A stretch of 61,953 bases of DNA, filler included, from Pirum gemmata (taxonomy: Eukaryota), in assembly GCA_002812295.1 (NCBI GenBank). It is 17 parts of 17 records of this genome, joined end to end, with 100 filler letters (N's around TTAATTAATTAA, not from the genome) between each part and the next. Parts side by side here need not be neighbours in the genome. Positions count along the whole stretch, not along the records: positions 1 to 3,393 come from PDIN01002701.1; positions 3,494 to 6,889 come from PDIN01002702.1; positions 6,990 to 10,360 come from PDIN01002703.1; positions 10,461 to 13,837 come from PDIN01002704.1; 13 more parts are not named here. One strand, 5' to 3'. Numbering within the stretch: the stretch's first letter is position 1; each line of letters starts with the position of its first letter. This document shows positions 1-13,053 of this stretch, piece after piece. The notes below the pieces were generated by a model. That model had not been told where the DNA came from, did not search any database, and saw only the letters and a list, made by a program, of their open reading frames with translations. Made by a program: the position numbers and the translations under genes.

Positions 1-32
<32 letters not shown>

Positions 33-465
33 AAAAAATTAAATTTTTACGTCTTTTTCCTGGGGTCTTTGTCTACAACAAAGACTCCATGGAATCTTTG
101 ACTACAATGCAATTCACGATACATTTTTGAGCTGCTCGGGTATTAATATAATAGTATAATATTATATTATCATAATATTTTAATAATATTTTTTTATAAT
201 AATATTATAATAATAATATATAAAGGTCTGTAATAATATTATTATAATAATATTATCCAATACATTTTTTTATTTATCATAATATCATAATATAATTATT
301 AATTTATTATAATACTTTACATTCTATATATATTATAATATTATATTAATATGTATATATATTATAAAATACTTGTTAATATTTATAATACAAAACCCTT
401 AGCCAGGAAAAAATGGGATTCTTGCATTTATAATATTACTAAAAAATGTATCTTCCATTTCATTA

Positions 466-535
466 CAGTTGCCCTCTAAAACTTTAATCTGGTACTGTTT
501 AAGTGTATAATTAAACTTATTTATAAAATTCAACT
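466..535 (+). mobile_element. Dispersed repeat family D terminus (TA|CAGTTG...), Tc1/mariner-like end
   Basis: CAGTTGYCCTC.CAATCTTTAATTTGGTACTGTTTAAGTGTATA recurs at ~47283, ~56985 and ~57972. A TA-CAG start is typical of Tc1/mariner ends. The other end was not identified. Confidence 0.5.
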
Positions 536-1032
536 TTATTAATAACATTAATGACTGATATATAGTATTATTAATACTATTATTGATAATGAGGAGGTTT
601 CATATATATATAGCCCTAAACCATGATAATTTTAGACAACCACAGGTCAGTCAGCAGGTCTCTTGCCCAGGATGCCCTAACCCTATTATTATAGTAAAAC
701 TATCATTTTTTTTTTAAATAATTTGGTATTGTATAGTTTTAAAATGTTGTATTTTATTAAAAATATACAATATAATAACAGTATCTTGAACAAGCGAAAC
801 TTGTTCTACATGTGGAAATTTTAACAAATACTTAAAATGTACCAAGAACGTAATTATATTTGTGCAAATTCTGAGTGTTCAGAGCTGTGTTCAGCACATT
901 TTGAAATGTTTTATAATAATTCGTGAATTAAAATTGATTTTCAATTTTTATTTATAGCGCTGAATGATAAAGTCTCTGTCAAAATATGTCTACTTGATTA
1001 CAATTTGTTGTTTTCAATGTTTGTAATTTAAA

Positions 1033-1251
1033 GTACTTTTCAGTTATTTTGTCATAATAAAATATTTCAGTTATTTTGTCATAAATAAAATATACAATAA
1101 AGAGTACCAAATTAATACAATATAAATGCATTTTATTTAATTTGGTATATTTTATTATCTAATTATTAATTTAAAAGTATCAATTTAAATATTATAAACC
1201 ACCAAATAAATATGCATAACTATTTCGAGTGACAAAATAAATGAAAAGCAC
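1033..1251 (+). mobile_element. MITE family C copy
   Basis: GTACTTTTCAGTTATTTTGTCA ... TGACAAAATAAATGAAAAGCAC, with an internal duplication of the left subterminal segment. Confidence 0.8.
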
Positions 1252-2704
1252 AACAATAATAATTATCTAGATTATTTATAATCCATAGCATAGTCCTGGC
1301 CAGCAGTTCAAGAAAAAGGGTTGGAATAATAATAATATTATCAGATATTTTTATATCACGATAATATTATGTGAAACTACACTGAAACACTACTGAAACT
1401 ACTACTAGCTAGCTAGCTCTAGAGTGAAACTAGCTGAGTGAAACTAGCTAGCTAGCTGGAGAAGGTAAGACTCCAGGCAAAAATTCCCGGGGTCTTTGAA
1501 CACTCTTGGAAGTTGGAACTAAGTCTTATTATTATTCCACGAGCATTTGTTTTGTATTTTTATCATAATAAAAAAAAAATTTAAATATAATATTTATAGT
1601 ATATTAGTATAATATAATTATAAGTAAAATAATTATTAATTAACATAATATTAATATATTATTACATAAATAAAACATTTTGTTTATCTATGTAATTATT
1701 ATTTATTATATTATAATGTTATATTAATAATTATAATCAAAATAAGTATCAATATATATTAACATTATAAAATACTATTAATACAAAATTTAATATTAAT
1801 TTGTAATCATGTATTTAATATACGTAGGTATACGTAGGTATCAAAGGGGGTTTATTATTAGGTTTAATTTATAATCAGGTCTATAATTAATTATAACTTT
1901 AAATTTAGGGTTCAGGGTTAGGATTAGTCTAGGGTTGGGGGTATTAGGGTTAACTTTAAGGTTGGGGTTTGGGTTGGGTTTAGGTTTTTAATTGAGTTTT
2001 AAAACTGTTTAAAACTAGGGTTTAAAAAAAAAGAAAAGAAACAAACTATGAATCTATGAGTATTATACTTATTATTATTATTTTAAAAAATAATATAATA
2101 CTATTCACTAGGTCTACTGGGTACGTCGCGCCTAATCTAGTCGTGCATTAGGGTAGGTAGTCTAGGTCTAGCTAGGGTCAATGTAGGGTCCCGTACGGAT
2201 ATAATAAATATACATTTAACTTGGTTATAAAATAAAATATTTTTTAAAAGCATAAAATACCAAATTAATTAAAACATGTCTTATAGTTTAATTTGGTTGA
2301 AGTCCTTGACTGAACACATGAGCTAGCTAGCTATCTTAGTAGTAGGAATCTACTACTAGGTAGCTAGAGTGTAGCTAGCTTAGTAGGAATCTTTGCCTTT
2401 TTGCTGTGCCTTTTTGTAGCAGTTTTGTAGTAGACCTAAGACCCTTTTAGACCCTAAACAACTTTTTTTGAAGTGCGTAAATAAAGTGCTTGACGCAGCT
2501 TGAGCCGCTTATTCGGAGAGGGAAAATTAAAAACGATATTTTATTGGATACTAAAAACAAAGGTTCGACTTTCAAAAAAACAAATATGGGAATTGTTTTA
2601 AAAAAATTTGATATATTTTCTTAAAAAAGTAATTGTGCACCTAAAACAAAAAGTACAGAAAAAGTCAAAGAGAAAAAAAGAAAAAAGTATCATAGAAAAA
2701 AGCT

Positions 2705-2899
2705 GCGTTCAAATAATACGTCACGTCAAGGGGTGGGTAGGTAGGTGGTATTTGACTGGAGATTAACGTCGAGGGGTGGGTAGGTAGGTGGTATTTGACC
2801 GGAGATTAACGTCGAGGGGTAGGTAGGTAGGGGTATTTGAAGCTGCATTTAATCAGAAGTTGGCGTTACGTATTTGAATTAAATTTTTTGAACCCTCCC
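2705..2899 (+). mobile_element. Harbinger-like MITE family A2, copy with internal ~43-bp duplication
   Basis: GCGTTCAAATAATACGTCACGTCAAGGGG... matches the copies at 3013 and 37630. The unit GGGGTGGGTAGGTAGGTGGTATTTGAC.GGAGATTAACGTCGA is present twice. Confidence 0.75.
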
Positions 2900-3012
2900 C
2901 TACTACTTAGCCTAGTATGATAGCTAGTAGCTAGTAGCTAGCTAGTAGTAAAGAGCTAGTATTGATAGCTAGCTAGTCGGTAGTCTATCGGCTGCCCATC
3001 ATTTTAGCCTAA

Positions 3013-3157
3013 GGGAGTGTTCAAATAATACGTCACGTTAAGGGGTAGGTAGGGAGGTGGTATTTGACCGGAAATTAACGTCGATGGGTAGGTAGGTAGG
3101 GGTATTTGAAGCTGTATTTGACTGGAAATTGGCGTTACGTAGTATTTGAACGTTTCC
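3013..3157 (+). mobile_element. PIF/Harbinger-like (Tourist-type) MITE family A2
   Basis: Imperfect TIRs GGGAGTGTTCAAATAATACGTCACG / CGTTACGTAGTATTTGAACGTTTCC, flanked by TAA on both sides (3-bp TSD). Confidence 0.85.
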
Positions 3158-3393
3158 TAAGACTACCCATTTTTTTTTAAAAAAATATTATTTTGGTTAT
3201 AATTTTTTGATTTCTTTTGAACTACATGTTAATCAACCCCATATAATATTGTTATTAAGTGTTATTGTTACTATTATTATTAATTATAATAATATTATGA
3301 CATATATACATAATTATTCATTATTATTATTTATTATTATTTAGTTTTGTTATTAAAATATTATCCATTCTAAATATTATATATAATATATAA

Positions 3394-3493
3394 NNNNNNN
3401 NNNNNNNNNNNNNNNNNNNNNNNNNNNNNNNNNNNNNTTAATTAATTAANNNNNNNNNNNNNNNNNNNNNNNNNNNNNNNNNNNNNNNNNNNN
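3394..3493. other. Artificial contig-joining linker N44-TTAATTAATTAA-N44 (first of 16)
   Basis: Identical 100-bp spacer with stops in all six frames. Also starts at 6890, 10361, 13838, 17268, 20759, 24252, 27689, 31119, 34583, 40120, 43609, 48070, 51532, 55021 and 58452. It separates similar-sized contigs. Confidence 0.97.
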
Positions 3494-3770
3494 TTACTAT
3501 TACTATTACAATTCCTATTACTATTACTATTCCTATTACTATTACTATTGCTATTACTATTACTATTGCTATTACTATTACTATTGCTATTACTATTGCT
3601 ATTACTATTACTATTACTATTACTATTGCTATTACTATTACTATTGCTATTACTATTACTATTGCTATTACTATTGCTATTACTATTGCTATTGCTATTA
3701 CTATTGCTATTGCTATTACTATTACTATTACTATTACTATTTCTGTACCACTACTATTACTATTACTATT
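3494..3770. repeat. (TATTAC/TATTGC)n hexamer microsatellite
   Basis: Read directly. It explains the poly-Leu ORF 3548-3772. Confidence 0.9.
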
Positions 3771-4026
3771 GATACTACTACTATTTATTTCGCTTTACTA
3801 CTGTTTCTAATATTACTACCATTACCATTACCATTTCCACAATCTTTTTATAATAATATAATTACCATCAACATAATAATATAATAAAAGTCAACACTAA
3901 ATTTGAAATTATAATTAATTATACTGTAATATAAAAAAGGTGATAAACAAAAATATGACACAAAGTTTTTTTGTAACTTATTGCTGCTTATGGTTTTGTG
4001 GTTTTGGATTTTGTATGATGTTTTAG

Positions 4027-6796
4027 CGTCGAGCTATCGTTATGGAATGAATAATAATAACGCAATTAAAGAAATAGTAAGTAGTATTTATAATAATAAT
4101 AATAATAATATTAATATTAATATTAATAATGTTAATACTATTTACCATTATTAAATTATTATTACTAATTACTATCTCTCATTATTATTATTACTAATTG
4201 CTATTACTAATTACTATTACTACTACTACCACCACTATTATTATTACTATTATTACTATTATTATGTATACTATTATTACTGCCACTTCCACCACTATTA
4301 TTATATGTATACTATTATTACAAATACTATATATTAATACTATTAATACTACTATTACACTCTATTACATTACTACTACTATTACTACTATTACTACTAC
4401 TATCACTGCTATTACTACTATTATCACTATTACTACTATTATCACTTTTACTACTATTGCCATTACTACTACTAATACTATTACTACTATGGTCATATTT
4501 ATGTTTTAACGAAATTGATTTTTCTTATTATTACTAGTACTACTATTATGTATAGTATTATTACCACCACCACCACCACTATTATCATTACTATTATTAC
4601 TATTATTATGTATACTATTATTACTAATACTACTAATACTACTAATACTATAGCTACTATTACTACTATTACTACTATTACATTGCTACTACTATTACTA
4701 CTATTACTACTACTATCACTACTATCACTACAACTTTCACTATTACTACTATTGCCATTACTACTACTAATACTATTACTACTATGGTCATATAGCTGTC
4801 ATATTTATGTTTTAACGAAATTGATTTTTCTTATTATTTCTATTATTATGTATACTATTATTACTACCACTACCACCACTATTATTATTACTATTATTAC
4901 TATTATGTATACTATTATTACTAATACCACTAATACTAATAATACTACTATTACTACTATTACTACTATTACATCACTACTACTACTATTACTACTATTA
5001 CTACTACTATCACTACTACTATCACTACTATTACTAATACTATCACTATTACTACTAATACTACTACTACTATGGTCATATAGTTGTCATATTTATGTTT
5101 TAACGAAATTGATTTTTCTTATTATTGCTATTATTATGCATCCTATTATTACTATCACCACCACCACTATTATTATTATTATTATTACTATTATTATGTA
5201 TACTATTTTTACTGATACCACTACTACTACTACTACTACTATTACTACTATTACTACTATTACTACTATTACTACTATTACTACTATTACTATTACTACT
5301 AGTAGTACTACTATCACTACTATTACTACTACTATCACTATTACTACTATTACCATTACTACTACTATGGTCGTATTTATATTTTAACGAAATTGATTTT
5401 TCTTATTATTACTATTATTATGTATACCATTATTACTACCACCACCACCACAATTATTATTACTATTATTACTATTATTATGTATACTATTATTACTATT
5501 ATTACTATTATTACTACTACTACTATTACTACTACTATTACTACTATTACTACTACTATCGCTACTAGTAATGTACCATCACTGTTACTACTATTGCCAT
5601 TACGACTACTAATACTACTACCACTATGGTCATATTTATGTTTTAACGAAATTGATTTTTCTTATTATTGCTATTATTATGTATGATATTATTACTACCA
5701 CCATCACCACTATTATTATTAATATTACTATTATTACTATTATTATGTTTACTATTATTACTAATACTACTAATACTATTAATACTAATACTACCATTAC
5801 TACTATTACTACTATTACATTACTACTACTATTTCTACTATTACTACTGCTATCACTACTATTACTACTAATATCACTATTACTATTAATACTATTGCCA
5901 TTGCTACTACTAATACTACTACTACTATGGTCATATTTATGTTTTAACGAAATTGATTTTTCTTACTATTACTATTATTATGTATAATATTATTACTACC
6001 ACCACCACCACTATTGTTATTATTATTATTGCTATTGTTATGTATATTATTACTACTACTAATACTGCTACTACTGCTACTACTATTACTACTATTACTA
6101 CTATTACTACTATTACATTACTACTACTATTACTACCACTATCACTATTATTACTACTACTATCATTGTTACTACTATTGCCATACTACTACTAATACTA
6201 CTACTACTATCGTCATATTTATGTTTTAACGAAATTGATTTTTCTTATTAAAATATATAAGGCTGATGTCATTGTAAACATTGTTTTTAGTGCCCATTCT
6301 TCTTGTATGTTCTTACTAATAGGTATAATGATCATAATCATAATCTTTATTTTATATATTTATTTATTGTTATTGTTATTGTTGTTGTTATTGTTGTTGT
6401 TATTGTTATTGTTATTGTTATTGTTATTGTTATTGTTATTGTTATTGTTATTGTTATTGTTGTCATTATTATCATTGTTATTGTTGTCATTATTATTATT
6501 GTTATTGAATTTAAGCGCATGTTATTATTATCATTATGCTTATATTATTGTAAACTTTTTTATTTTGATTATTATTATTATTATTGTTGTTAATAATTAA
6601 TGATTATTATTATTAACTATTAATTATTATTTTATAATTATTATGAATATTATGCCAAAGCGCATTTTGAGAAAGTCCTCATTAAAAGTAGTCACCACGC
6701 CCAAGAGCATTTTTCGAAAACGTGGAAATTCAAGTTTTATATTATTTATAGTATTATATCAATCCCAGGCTATATTCTCGTGCAGTACTCCATGAA
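4027..6796 (+). CDS. Internal exons of an unidentified spliced gene (4027-4076, 6262-6304, 6661-6733, 6769-6796)
   Basis: Four AG/GT-bounded, higher-complexity segments join with consistent phase: SSYRYGMNNNNAIKEI-ADVIVNIVFSAHSS-SHFEKVLIKSSHHAQEHFSKTWKF-KLYSRAVLHE. No family recognised. Confidence 0.5.
4180..6250. repeat. Seven-unit tandem array (period 259-306 bp): conserved ~40-bp core plus TAC/TAT microsatellite body
   Basis: Core GTCATATTTATGTTTTAACGAAATTGATTTTTCTTATTA, with its TTG at 4515, 4821, 5109, 5393, 5652, 5953 and 6235. Confidence 0.9.
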
Positions 6797-6989
6797 GTTA
6801 GTGAATAGCTATATATTTATTTTTATTTATTTATATATAATTATTATTTATAATTTATTTAATATTTAATATTTATTTAATATTCATTTNNNNNNNNNNN
6901 NNNNNNNNNNNNNNNNNNNNNNNNNNNNNNNNNTTAATTAATTAANNNNNNNNNNNNNNNNNNNNNNNNNNNNNNNNNNNNNNNNNNNN

Positions 6990-7141
6990 CTAACCCTAAC
7001 CCTAACCCTAATCTTAATCCTAACCCTAACCCTAACCCTAACCCTAACCTTACCCTAACCTTAGCCTTAACCCTGACCCTGACCTTAACCTTAACCCTAA
7101 CCTTAACCCTAACCTTGACCCTAACCTTGACCCTAACCTTA
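6990..7141 (-). repeat. (CCCTAA)n telomere-like array inside a Nup155 intron
   Basis: CCCTAA/CCTTAA/CCTGAC units directly downstream, on the minus strand, of the exon-5 donor at 7181. Confidence 0.85.
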
Positions 7142-7181
7142 GGTGTTTAATAAATACCTTTGGATTAGCGTTAACATTTAC

Positions 7182-8493
7182 CGTTTCCCAATTATTGCTC
7201 AAGAGCTCTTGCTTGTAGAAAATGAGTGCAAATACTTTCAAATCAACCGGCGTAGCTAACACGAGCAAAAAATTGACCCAATCATGGAAGACGTCTAATT
7301 TCAATAAGGATGCAATAGTTTTAAATAATAATAAATACAAAAGCAAAATATATAAAAGCGAAAATAGCTATAAAATACATGTTATATGTATCCATAAATA
7401 TAAAAACTTACCGTTTTTAGGCTTTGGAATTAGAGCAGCAGATATAATTAAATGGTCCATTTCTTGTTCAACACAGCTTTGCCTTTAACAAAAAAATGGA
7501 TACGATGAATAAGGATTACAAAAGTTTTGTTTAACGAGTATAGAGAAGATGATAAAAGACGACATGAAAGATAAAAAAAAACTTAAGAGACACTGTGTAG
7601 TTTAAAAATGTTAACCTGGTGACAATACTAATATATTATCGCAATAGAAATACCAACGTTTACACCATTAATACCATTAATAATAATAAATAAACTAAAT
7701 ACCTATTATAGTCCCAAATGTAAATTTTATTTTCTATTGTAAACCAAGCACGATCGATTTCGGGGAAAACCCCCATAAGAGAGCTGTCTGTATCTAGTAT
7801 AGGAAATGAAATAAACCGATAATAAAATACTACCTTGGGTATTGTAGCTATTTATGGTAAATCACAGGTTGTGCTTGTAAAACAAGGTAAAAAGCAAAGT
7901 AAAATAGTCCTGACTCCTAACTCCTAACCAGTCCTAACCCCTATCTCCTAACCCAACTAAAATCAAAACCAAAAAGGAAAAAAAAACCAATTAGTAGAAT
8001 GTAATGTCAAAATTANNNNNNNNNNGGGGGGGGGGGGGGGGGGTACCCTGATAACGCTTATTCAATAATTTCAAATGTGGTATGACATTCCCTTTTTGAC
8101 GAAACTCTGGAATGCCATGCTTGTTGGTTTGACCTTCAAATCCGGAATATCCTGAAGTAAGTATAAACATTGTCATTAATAAACACAATACAATATATAT
8201 AATAATTAATAAAATCATGAAAGGATAGTATAAATACCATTGCCAACTAACGTATAATTAGTGATTTACTAATTATATTGAATATACTGAAAACAACAAA
8301 TTCTCAAGTAGGATTATGAAAAGTGGAATTAGCGTAGGTGGTGGTGGTGGTAAGTTTGGCAGAAATTAAAATTGCTGGCAAGATTACTTTTTAATTTATC
8401 GTCATCGATTTGACTACTGACATTTTCACCCAGACGAGCCAATTTGCCCCAGCTTTCTTGATCCCTCTCTCTGCTTTGAAAATTTTCATTCAT
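7182..8493 (-). CDS. NUP155: Nucleoporin Nup155/Nup170 family, N-terminal 5 exons (8388-8493, 8047-8151, 7703-7793, 7412-7482, 7182-7294); 3' part off contig
   Basis: GT-AG exons join in phase: ...IPEFRQKGNVIPHLKLLNKRYQDTDSSLMGVFPEIDRAWFTIENKIYIWDYNR...IISAALIPKPKNDVFHDWVNFLLVLATPVDLKVFAL. This matches the Nup155 hallmarks MGVFP.I.RAW.TID..I..W.Y and LLVLATPVD. The exon-1 donor is less certain. Confidence 0.9.
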
Positions 8494-8969
8494 TTTTTTT
8501 TTTTTTGTAAGAAAACGACCGTAGCCCCCAAATTAAATGAATGTGCTGCACACTTCAGAACATAGAAGTTAGTAAATTGTGTATCAAATACACAAAAAAA
8601 GGTGATGATATATATTTAATTATAAAGATATAAAATAATGAACAAAAACAAATATGATATTAAAATATATAAAAATCAAGAATTAAAATTTATAAATAAC
8701 TCTAATAAAAAATATAAAACTGAAAAAACTATTCTGTCAGCATTATTATGATATCGATATATTTTTTATTATCATAGTCTACATACATCATAAATATATA
8801 GCTAGCTAGAATTATGATAGAACTATCAATACTATGATACTACAATAATACTACTACAATAACTACTACAATACTACAATTATTATTTTTTTTAAAATTA
8901 TGCATACCATGGTCGATAATTTGTAGACCTATGATAGTTTCTTTTTTAACAGACACCAAAACTGTAAAA

Positions 8970-9155
8970 ATCTTTTTTTTTAGACTTCTTTCTAAAACCT
9001 TTAATTCAAACAAGCCAAATTATATTTAAAAACTAGCCATTGGTTTATATAATAGAGTTTTTTTAGTTTTAATGATTTCTCAAATTTTGGCTGTACTTCA
9101 TTAAAATTGGATCATTTTGAGATTTTTTGGATTTTAAGCTCATATGGCTGGCGGC
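8970..9155 (+). repeat. Dispersed repeat family G
   Basis: AAAACTAGCC...AAAATTGGATCATTTTGAG.TT.TTTGGATTTTAAGCTCATATG also at ~56340-56550, with fragments at ~37480 and ~58255. Confidence 0.65.
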
Positions 9156-9688
9156 TTGGTATGATATCAATATCATAGTTTTAAAAATATATATATCATA
9201 ACACCTGTCTTACAACACTGGCACAAACGCTGGCACAACTCCGTAGCCCAGCTCTGTAGACTAGACTAGCTAGCTAGACTAGTCTGGCTCACTTCTGGCT
9301 CTAGACTAGCTAGTCTAGTAGTAGCTAGCTGGCTACTAGTAGCTAGCTAGAACTTAGCTAGGAGCTTATAATTAATAATATCATAATGATATCATAGACT
9401 CATAACTGACTCATAGTACTCTCATAGTAGACTAAAATAGCTACTAAAATGGATGAAAAATTCCTTGCTGGATTATTGGTACAGCTATTGGTACTCTGAC
9501 AAATACTACTCTGACTCAACTTCTGAGTTCTGACTCCAAGTAGTCTCCAAGTCTGAGCCTGGACTTGGGAGTCTGGATGGATTATGAATTTATCAATCAT
9601 ACCCTCTACTAGTTAGCTAGCTAGCTAGAGCTAGCTAGTAGTAGTACCCTACTAGATCCTACTAGCTAGTATCCTACTCTACTACTAG

Positions 9689-9936
9689 GGGAGCGTTCAA
9701 TAATTACGTAACGCCGATTTGGGACAAAAGCCTACCCTACTACCCCCGTGTAACGTTTGAGAAGGACTACCTACCCCTTATGACCTAACGATTTGGAAAA
9801 AATAGTACCCTAAATTACCCCTCATATATATATNGTCATATTACGAAAACCTACCCCCCTACTGCGTCACGGCCTGTCACAAAAATCCGACCCCCCCTAC
9901 CTACCCCCCAGCGTTACGTAATTATTGAACGCTCCC
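9689..9936 (+). mobile_element. PIF/Harbinger-like MITE family A1
   Basis: Perfect 26-bp TIR GGGAGCGTTCAATAATTACGTAACGC, with TAG directly repeated on both flanks. Confidence 0.9.
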
Positions 9937-10052
9937 TAGCTAGCTACGCTATATGACATACCTATCAGTAGCCAGCTAGCTACTAGACTGCTACTAGCTA
10001 GCTCGGGTTAGATTAGGGATAGGGCTAGCTAGTAGCTACTAGCTAGCTAGCT

Positions 10053-10146
10053 AGGGTTAGGGTTAGGGTTAGGGTCTATTTCTAGCTAGGGGGGTAGGTA
10101 GGGTTAGGGTTAGGGTAAGGGTAAGGGTAAGGGTAAGGGTTAGGGA
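10053..10146 (+). repeat. Interstitial (TTAGGG/TAAGGG)n array
   Basis: Read directly; internal to the contig. Confidence 0.85.
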
Positions 10147-10279
10147 TCAATTTAATTATTATGCATATAATCACATAATGTCCTCTTCAATAATAGATTA
10201 TCATATGATACTATCATTGAAGTCCTTGGTAATACCCAATTTTAAAAAATTATTATTATCACAATGACATAATAGTCTA

Positions 10280-10310
<31 letters not shown>

Positions 10311-11106
10311 AATATATATATATATATATATATATATACAACAAATAATAATAATAATAANNNNNNNNNNNNNNNNNNNNNNNNNNNNNNNNNNNNNNNN
10401 NNNNTTAATTAATTAANNNNNNNNNNNNNNNNNNNNNNNNNNNNNNNNNNNNNNNNNNNNTTATTATTATTGTTGTATACTTTTATTATATAGTTATTAT
10501 TATTATTATTATTATTATTATGATCTTATTATTATCTTGTAATTATCATTATTGTTATTATTGTTAGTGTTTTAAAATTATCTTGTTCTTTATTATTATC
10601 GTATCTTGTAATTATTATTGTTATTGTTATTAGTGTTTTAAAAATGTTTTGAATAATAATAATAATAACACAGTTTTTGTTTATTTTACCTTTATTTTGT
10701 CTTACAAACTAGTATAATATTATTATAGAGTTAATTTTAATTAATCAAGAATTTTAATTAATACTATCAGGTATTGAAATTCAGACAATAAAAACACTGT
10801 AGTAAAACACATAATTAATTTTAATCAAGAATTTTAATCAATTAATACTACCAAGTAGTGAAATTCAGACAATAAAAACACTGTAGATATTTTTTTTTTG
10901 AATTAATCTGATACATTATACGTCATAATGATGTATTATTATATATATTTGGGTTTGAAGGTGAAGATAAGCAGTTAGGCTCAGTTAGGGGTATTAGATA
11001 TTGGCAGTAACAAAATTTTACTCTTAGAAGTTTAATAAACAATGATCAGGTTTATTCTGTGGTAGTAGAGCTGGTAGTAGTCACTGCTAATATAATATTA
11101 TAAATA

Positions 11107-11291
11107 TCGTGCTTTTCAGTTATTTTGCCATCATAAAATATATACTAAATAGTACCAAATTAATACAATATAAATCCATTTCATTTAATTTGGTATATTT
11201 TATTATATATTTATTTATTTAGAAGTATCAATTTAAATATTACAAACGACCAAATAAATATTTTGAGTGACGAAATAAATGAAAAGCACAA
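11107..11291 (+). mobile_element. MITE family C, full-length reference copy (~185 bp, TA-flanked, Tc1/mariner-Stowaway-like)
   Basis: TA|TCGTGCTTTTCAGTTATTTTG...CGAAATAAATGAAAAGCACAA|TA. About 15 full or partial copies occur in the window, in both orientations (also 17171-17267, 27789-27866, 28848-28935, 58383-58451). Confidence 0.85.
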
Positions 11292-11897
11292 TAAAAGTAA
11301 ATAATATTTTTAACACTGACTTTTTTCCCACCCTAAAAATATTCGCAAAAATTAAAAGAAAAATACATTAATTTTTAGGCCCGGAAAAAAGTATTTTAAA
11401 AAAAAAAAAATACATCGGTTCTGGAACTGTTCTGGGTGGTTGGACGAGTGTTGGACGGGTGCACGGTGAGTACCCAGAACTTTTATTTTTTAGGAATTGA
11501 TGGACCACAAAAACTAGACCACAAAAACTAGACCACAAAAAAACTATGATAGATTTGAGGAGCCCTGGGGCCCTGGGGGAGTTGTAGGGGTCTTCTACCG
11601 GCTGTTGATGTCAGACCGGAGGAGGGGTGACACCTATAAGAGTCTAAATTGGCACTAATGCAGCCATTTACGCTTTTAAGTTACTTTAAATAGTTTATTT
11701 TTTACTATAAATAGTAAGCCGCAGCCGCAGCGGAAAATGAAAAGATATGTATCGATATATTATCGATATGTAGACATTTTCTCTATAGACTGTGCAATGT
11801 GTGCATAGTAAGATTATTAGTAGGGAACTGCTAAGCGTCTCTATTCATAGAAAAGGAATAAAGGCTTAAAAGCAATAGAATAAAAAGGTAGAAATCC

Positions 11898-12120
11898 AAC
11901 CCTAACTCTAGACCCCAACCCTAACCCCAACCCTAACCCTAGCCCCAACCCCAACCCTAACCCTAACCCTAACCCTAACCCTAACCCTAACCCTAGCCCT
12001 GACCCTAACCCTAACAGCTCCCTAACCCTCACCTAAACCCTAACCCTAACAGCTCCCTAACCCTCACCTTAACCCTAACCCTAACACTCCCTAACCCTAA
12101 CCCTAACCCTAAGTCTAACC
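11898..12120 (-). repeat. Interstitial degenerate (CCCTAA)n array
   Basis: Read directly; mid-contig. Confidence 0.85.
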
Positions 12121-13009
12121 TTGATCCTTTTTAAAATTCTTTTGTGCTGATCGAAATTCCAATAATTAGTTCGATCCAAACTTTCGAACTCTAAATACGA
12201 CCAGCCATTGGCTAAAAGAAGTATATATATTTTTATTTTTTTTTTAGATCGTCAAAAAAATATGCAAATCGAACCTATATAAAAAACTCGAAAGGGGTTA
12301 GGGAACGCTGTTTAAAAAGTGATATCACAGTTCGTCGACTATCTATTCACTTAGGGGACATTCATTAATGACGTCTTCATAGACACCACAGGCTCCCCTC
12401 ACCTTCTGATCCTCTATCAGATCAATTCTTCTTTAGTTTTGGTTTTTATTTCAAAGAGTTTAATTACTTAATTTTTTTTAAAAAGTTGTTTTGTGTTTAT
12501 TTTTATTTAGTATAGCGCTAGTACTATTGTTATTATTGGTTGTTTTTCAGCCCTTATTTTTTTTAAAAAAAATACAAAATGTAATACTACGTAGTTGCTA
12601 CACCTTATCGCACTCCTGACTATTCCTGTTTAGTTTTAGTCTTGATTACTCTTGATTTCGATTTTGTTTACTTGTTTGTTTTTATTTATTACTAATTCTG
12701 TTGTTTTTAATTGGTGTTGTTGTGGTTATTATTTTTTCAGTTCTTATGTTTTAAAAAAAAAAAAAAAGAATCAAAAATATAATTAATATATAAACTACAA
12801 ACGTAATGCTACGTACGCTACTATGACCATACGTACCACACATACATTTTTTTTTTTTTTTTTTTTTTTTATGTCATAATTGACATAAAATTTTTTAAAA
12901 AATAAATCAGATAATATACTATGATAGTTGTCCTCAAAAAACGTAAGCCAACCAAGACTCTCCGAAACTGGGCCAGGGGCCCAGGAACCAACTTCAATTT
13001 TTTTTTTTT

Positions 13010-13053
<44 letters not shown>

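Noticed and set aside
795..925. Cys-rich peptide (TCSTCG...ICANSECSELCSAHF) resembling a piggyBac C-terminal domain
   Set aside because: Needs a frameshift, is very short, and has no adjacent DDD core or TTAA-flanked TIR.
4180..6250. CRISPR-like constant repeat with variable spacers
   Set aside because: Spacers are 220-270 bp, mutually homologous microsatellite tracts. The context is eukaryotic and intronic, and there are no cas genes.
3548..6600. Long poly-Leu/Ile/Thr/Tyr ORFs
   Set aside because: These are translations of TAC/TAT/TTG microsatellites, open in several frames.
8340..8388. Stop-codon readthrough or alternative genetic code in Nup155 exon 1
   Set aside because: A GTAATC donor at 8387 gives an in-phase join, and the other genes end normally at TAA, TAG or TGA.
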